From NCBI GenBank assembly GCA_002633005.1, contig NMRA01000135.1:404183-468182 (forward strand): 64,000 bases of DNA. The letters run 5' to 3'. Source of the stretch: Phoronis australis. Taxonomy: Eukaryota; Animalia; Phoronida. The notes beneath the pieces were generated by a model. It was given only the letters and a program-made list of their open reading frames with translations, did not search any database and had not been told where the DNA came from. Both the position numbers and the translations under genes were made by a program. Of the stretch, positions 61,381 through 64,000 are shown piece after piece; the first letter of the stretch is position 1, and the number at the start of each line of letters is the position of its first letter.

Positions 61381-64000
61381 TTTTCCAAACTACACACTAA
61401 TTATCATGCTGTTTAATAATGCATAATGAGAGGAACATGACAGTAGGGTAAGAATCCACAAATCTGAATTCAATTCCTTGTTTGATGCTTGCCATAGGAA
61501 TTTTAGTTGGTTTAGTTTCCTTAGCTAATACAGAATGCAAAGCCAATCTCAGTAAATTTCTATTAACAATTCTCGCTCTGAATTTGAATGGGCTGTATGA
61601 ATTCTGCTTTGCAAAGTATTTTTCCGTGGGTAAACTTGAACAATGAAACAATTGATTCTAATTTGTAAAATTCGATACCCCAAAAGCAACTCTTTAAATG
61701 AAAGGTTTATAATTATGTAACATAATATGGAAGAAATGCGTCTTTAATCTGAAAATGGAAATATGTAAAAGATTTAATTTTTTCCATGATTCTGTATTGG
61801 ACATGTTATTAGTATTATGGTAAGTGGAATATCAAACAAATAAAAATCACTCATGGAACATCAATACAATAACAATTTCAATGTTTCCAGGAAGAAAAAA
61901 ATAATTTTGTGTTACCATAAATTCTCTTCAATTTTACTGTAATTTCTGTTCAATTATGCAAAAAAAAAAATGTTTTCAAAATTGCATTTTTTATTTTCAA
62001 AGGCTGATTACATTTTATTTAATAAAAAAGAAATTTGACAAAACAAAACCCTTGTGTTCCTTATTGCTTGTTAAACCAAAGAAGCATTAACCACATATCA
62101 AGTTATGACAGCAATTCTCCCCTTATTTTAGACAAAAATTTCCAAATTGCCTCAAACTAAAGTTGATTACAGCAAATAATGGAAAATTCTCAAAAGTTAT
62201 TTTACGAAATCTGGATACAAATTTTATTAATACTTATATTTGTGAAGAAATTTAACAAAATAAATACCATTTGTCAGTCATAATGTTTGCTAAATAAGTG
62301 AAGAATTACTGTATGTTGTCATCTTGTCTTAAAGTCACACTCTTAACCATAACAGGAATAATTCAATTAGCTATCTCTTGCAAACAAATCATTAAAGAGG
62401 TCAAAACAAGCACATGTATTTTTCTTTCCTGAAAAAAGAACAGGCACTATAAGAAAACAGTATGCCCGTTTCCATGAGTAATCTGTCTGAAATTCTGATG
62501 GTAGTAATATAATGTTGAGTCCTATTTGAAAGAATACCGACGTAAGACAATAGGGACAGAAAGTGTGATGTCACATTACTTGGATAGTCTACAATATTCC
62601 TGCCGATCCTCAATATCAGAAGCTGTGACTAGAAAATCTAAAGAAAACCTCATTTTTGCTGTTGCCTGAGCTTCTGATTTTAAAAAGCTTCTTTTGTTGA
62701 ATGCTGTCTGTTAGAACAATTGTGATAGTGAAAGTGAATAAGCCACAGCCATATTGTTTGTCTCCAATGTGGAATAGGTCCTTGGGGTGTGACATGATCA
62801 CTTTCCATCCATACTTGCTGATATTAACAAGTTTAAATAACTGATTTTAAGGTAGAATCTCATCAATGTCATCAGTGCGAAAATGATTCCGTTACTGTGA
62901 GGAATTAGTGCACAACCTTCGTCAAACAATGTCAATTATCATCTCCACTTTCAAAGATTTTGACATGACTGCTTTAATCTGGCAATTTGTGTTCGTTAAC
63001 TCCCCACATGTCTGTAGTGTCGACACTTTCTCAGTCCATGGAACATGGTCTCCCTATAGTGACTTGCCAATGTGAACCTTGTGCAGTCAGAATGATAAGC
63101 TTAATAAGACCTCATCCAAAATAACATATTTTTCATTCTATTCCGATAATTCATGAACTGCTACACAGAAGCATTGATGTTCACACTTAGTGAATATATT
63201 CATTTTCTCTTAAAAGTAATTGCATGGTACAGACTACCTCTGTATTGAAGTCTATTTAATGGTATCAACAATGCATTTCTGCTTGAGGTGTGGTCAGTAT
63301 TTGACGCTTACCCATGGCTTTTATCCACTAAACTGCTGTATTACTTACATATATAGAATTGACCTAAATATCAAACTATGTATCAAATAATTTGACAAAA
63401 AATACTAGTTCATCATGTGAACTTTGATAAAAATTCACATGGCACATTACAAAATTACACTGTATGCAGCTCTTGAGCACACAACCTTTTTCTTGGCTTT
63501 TTCCATTAATTTCAGCAATTAAAAATTATTGAAGCTAATATCTGATGTTACATTTAAGAAGTGAAGTTGCTATACATACCATCTTCATTTTACTTTTTCC
63601 AAAGTGTTGCCAAATTTATCCACATTCCATGGTTTTAACTGTACATGTACGATTCCAGCAGCACAAAGGCCAATAGCCAGAAGGATTGGATCTTATCCGT
63701 TAAAGAGGTCTTGTTTATGAGATAGGGTTACATAGGACACCCATTTGTATACAGTGACAGCTCACTTTTAAGTTCTGCCAGCAACAGCTATTGACCTCAG
63801 CCATGTTAGAGCTGGAGAGTGTTATCAGCAAAATAGTTTAAAAGTCAGTTGAAATGTTTATTTCTAACATTGGGTTATAAATTAGTTGTCAAGGATACCA
63901 CTGAAAAGTAAAATAGGCTAGTGCCTTTCAAACCATTATCCTGGACTCTGAAGAACTGAAGAAGCTGATGGGTGAGATTTGACTTTGACATTACAATTAT

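Noticed and set aside
62400-63120. Decayed coding sequence on the - strand
   Set aside because: The frames I read are interrupted by stops and I recognise no motif. A tblastx/Dfam search would be needed.

Overview
AT-rich, intron-containing animal genomic DNA, not prokaryotic. The gene and repeat content suggests a marine invertebrate, but the species cannot be determined from the sequence. I reconstructed spliced genes by hand from GT-AG junctions and reading-frame phase. They are RNF8 (- strand, FHA plus coiled coil, 3' end outside the window), FAU/RPS30 (+, head-to-head with RNF8), cyclin H (-), an ankyrin-repeat/SOCS-box gene (+), GCHFR (-) and an RMDN2/3-like gene (+, head-to-head with GCHFR, 3' exons not found in the window). 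The most striking feature is an OTUD1-like deubiquitinase exon with intact catalytic residues. It lies on the same strand inside the 11.8-kb RNF8 intron 3, has no usable ATG, and begins at a phase-0 acceptor compatible with the phase-0 RNF8 exon-3 donor. It could therefore give an FHA-OTU 'eraser' isoform of a ubiquitin 'writer' gene. Also notable are Helentron/HINE-like elements carrying phased CTCF-like motifs, a tandem array of duplicated 5' splice sites in CCNH, and a CRISPR-like palindromic array with one inverted spacer. Gene identifications rest on recalled protein motifs, not database searches.
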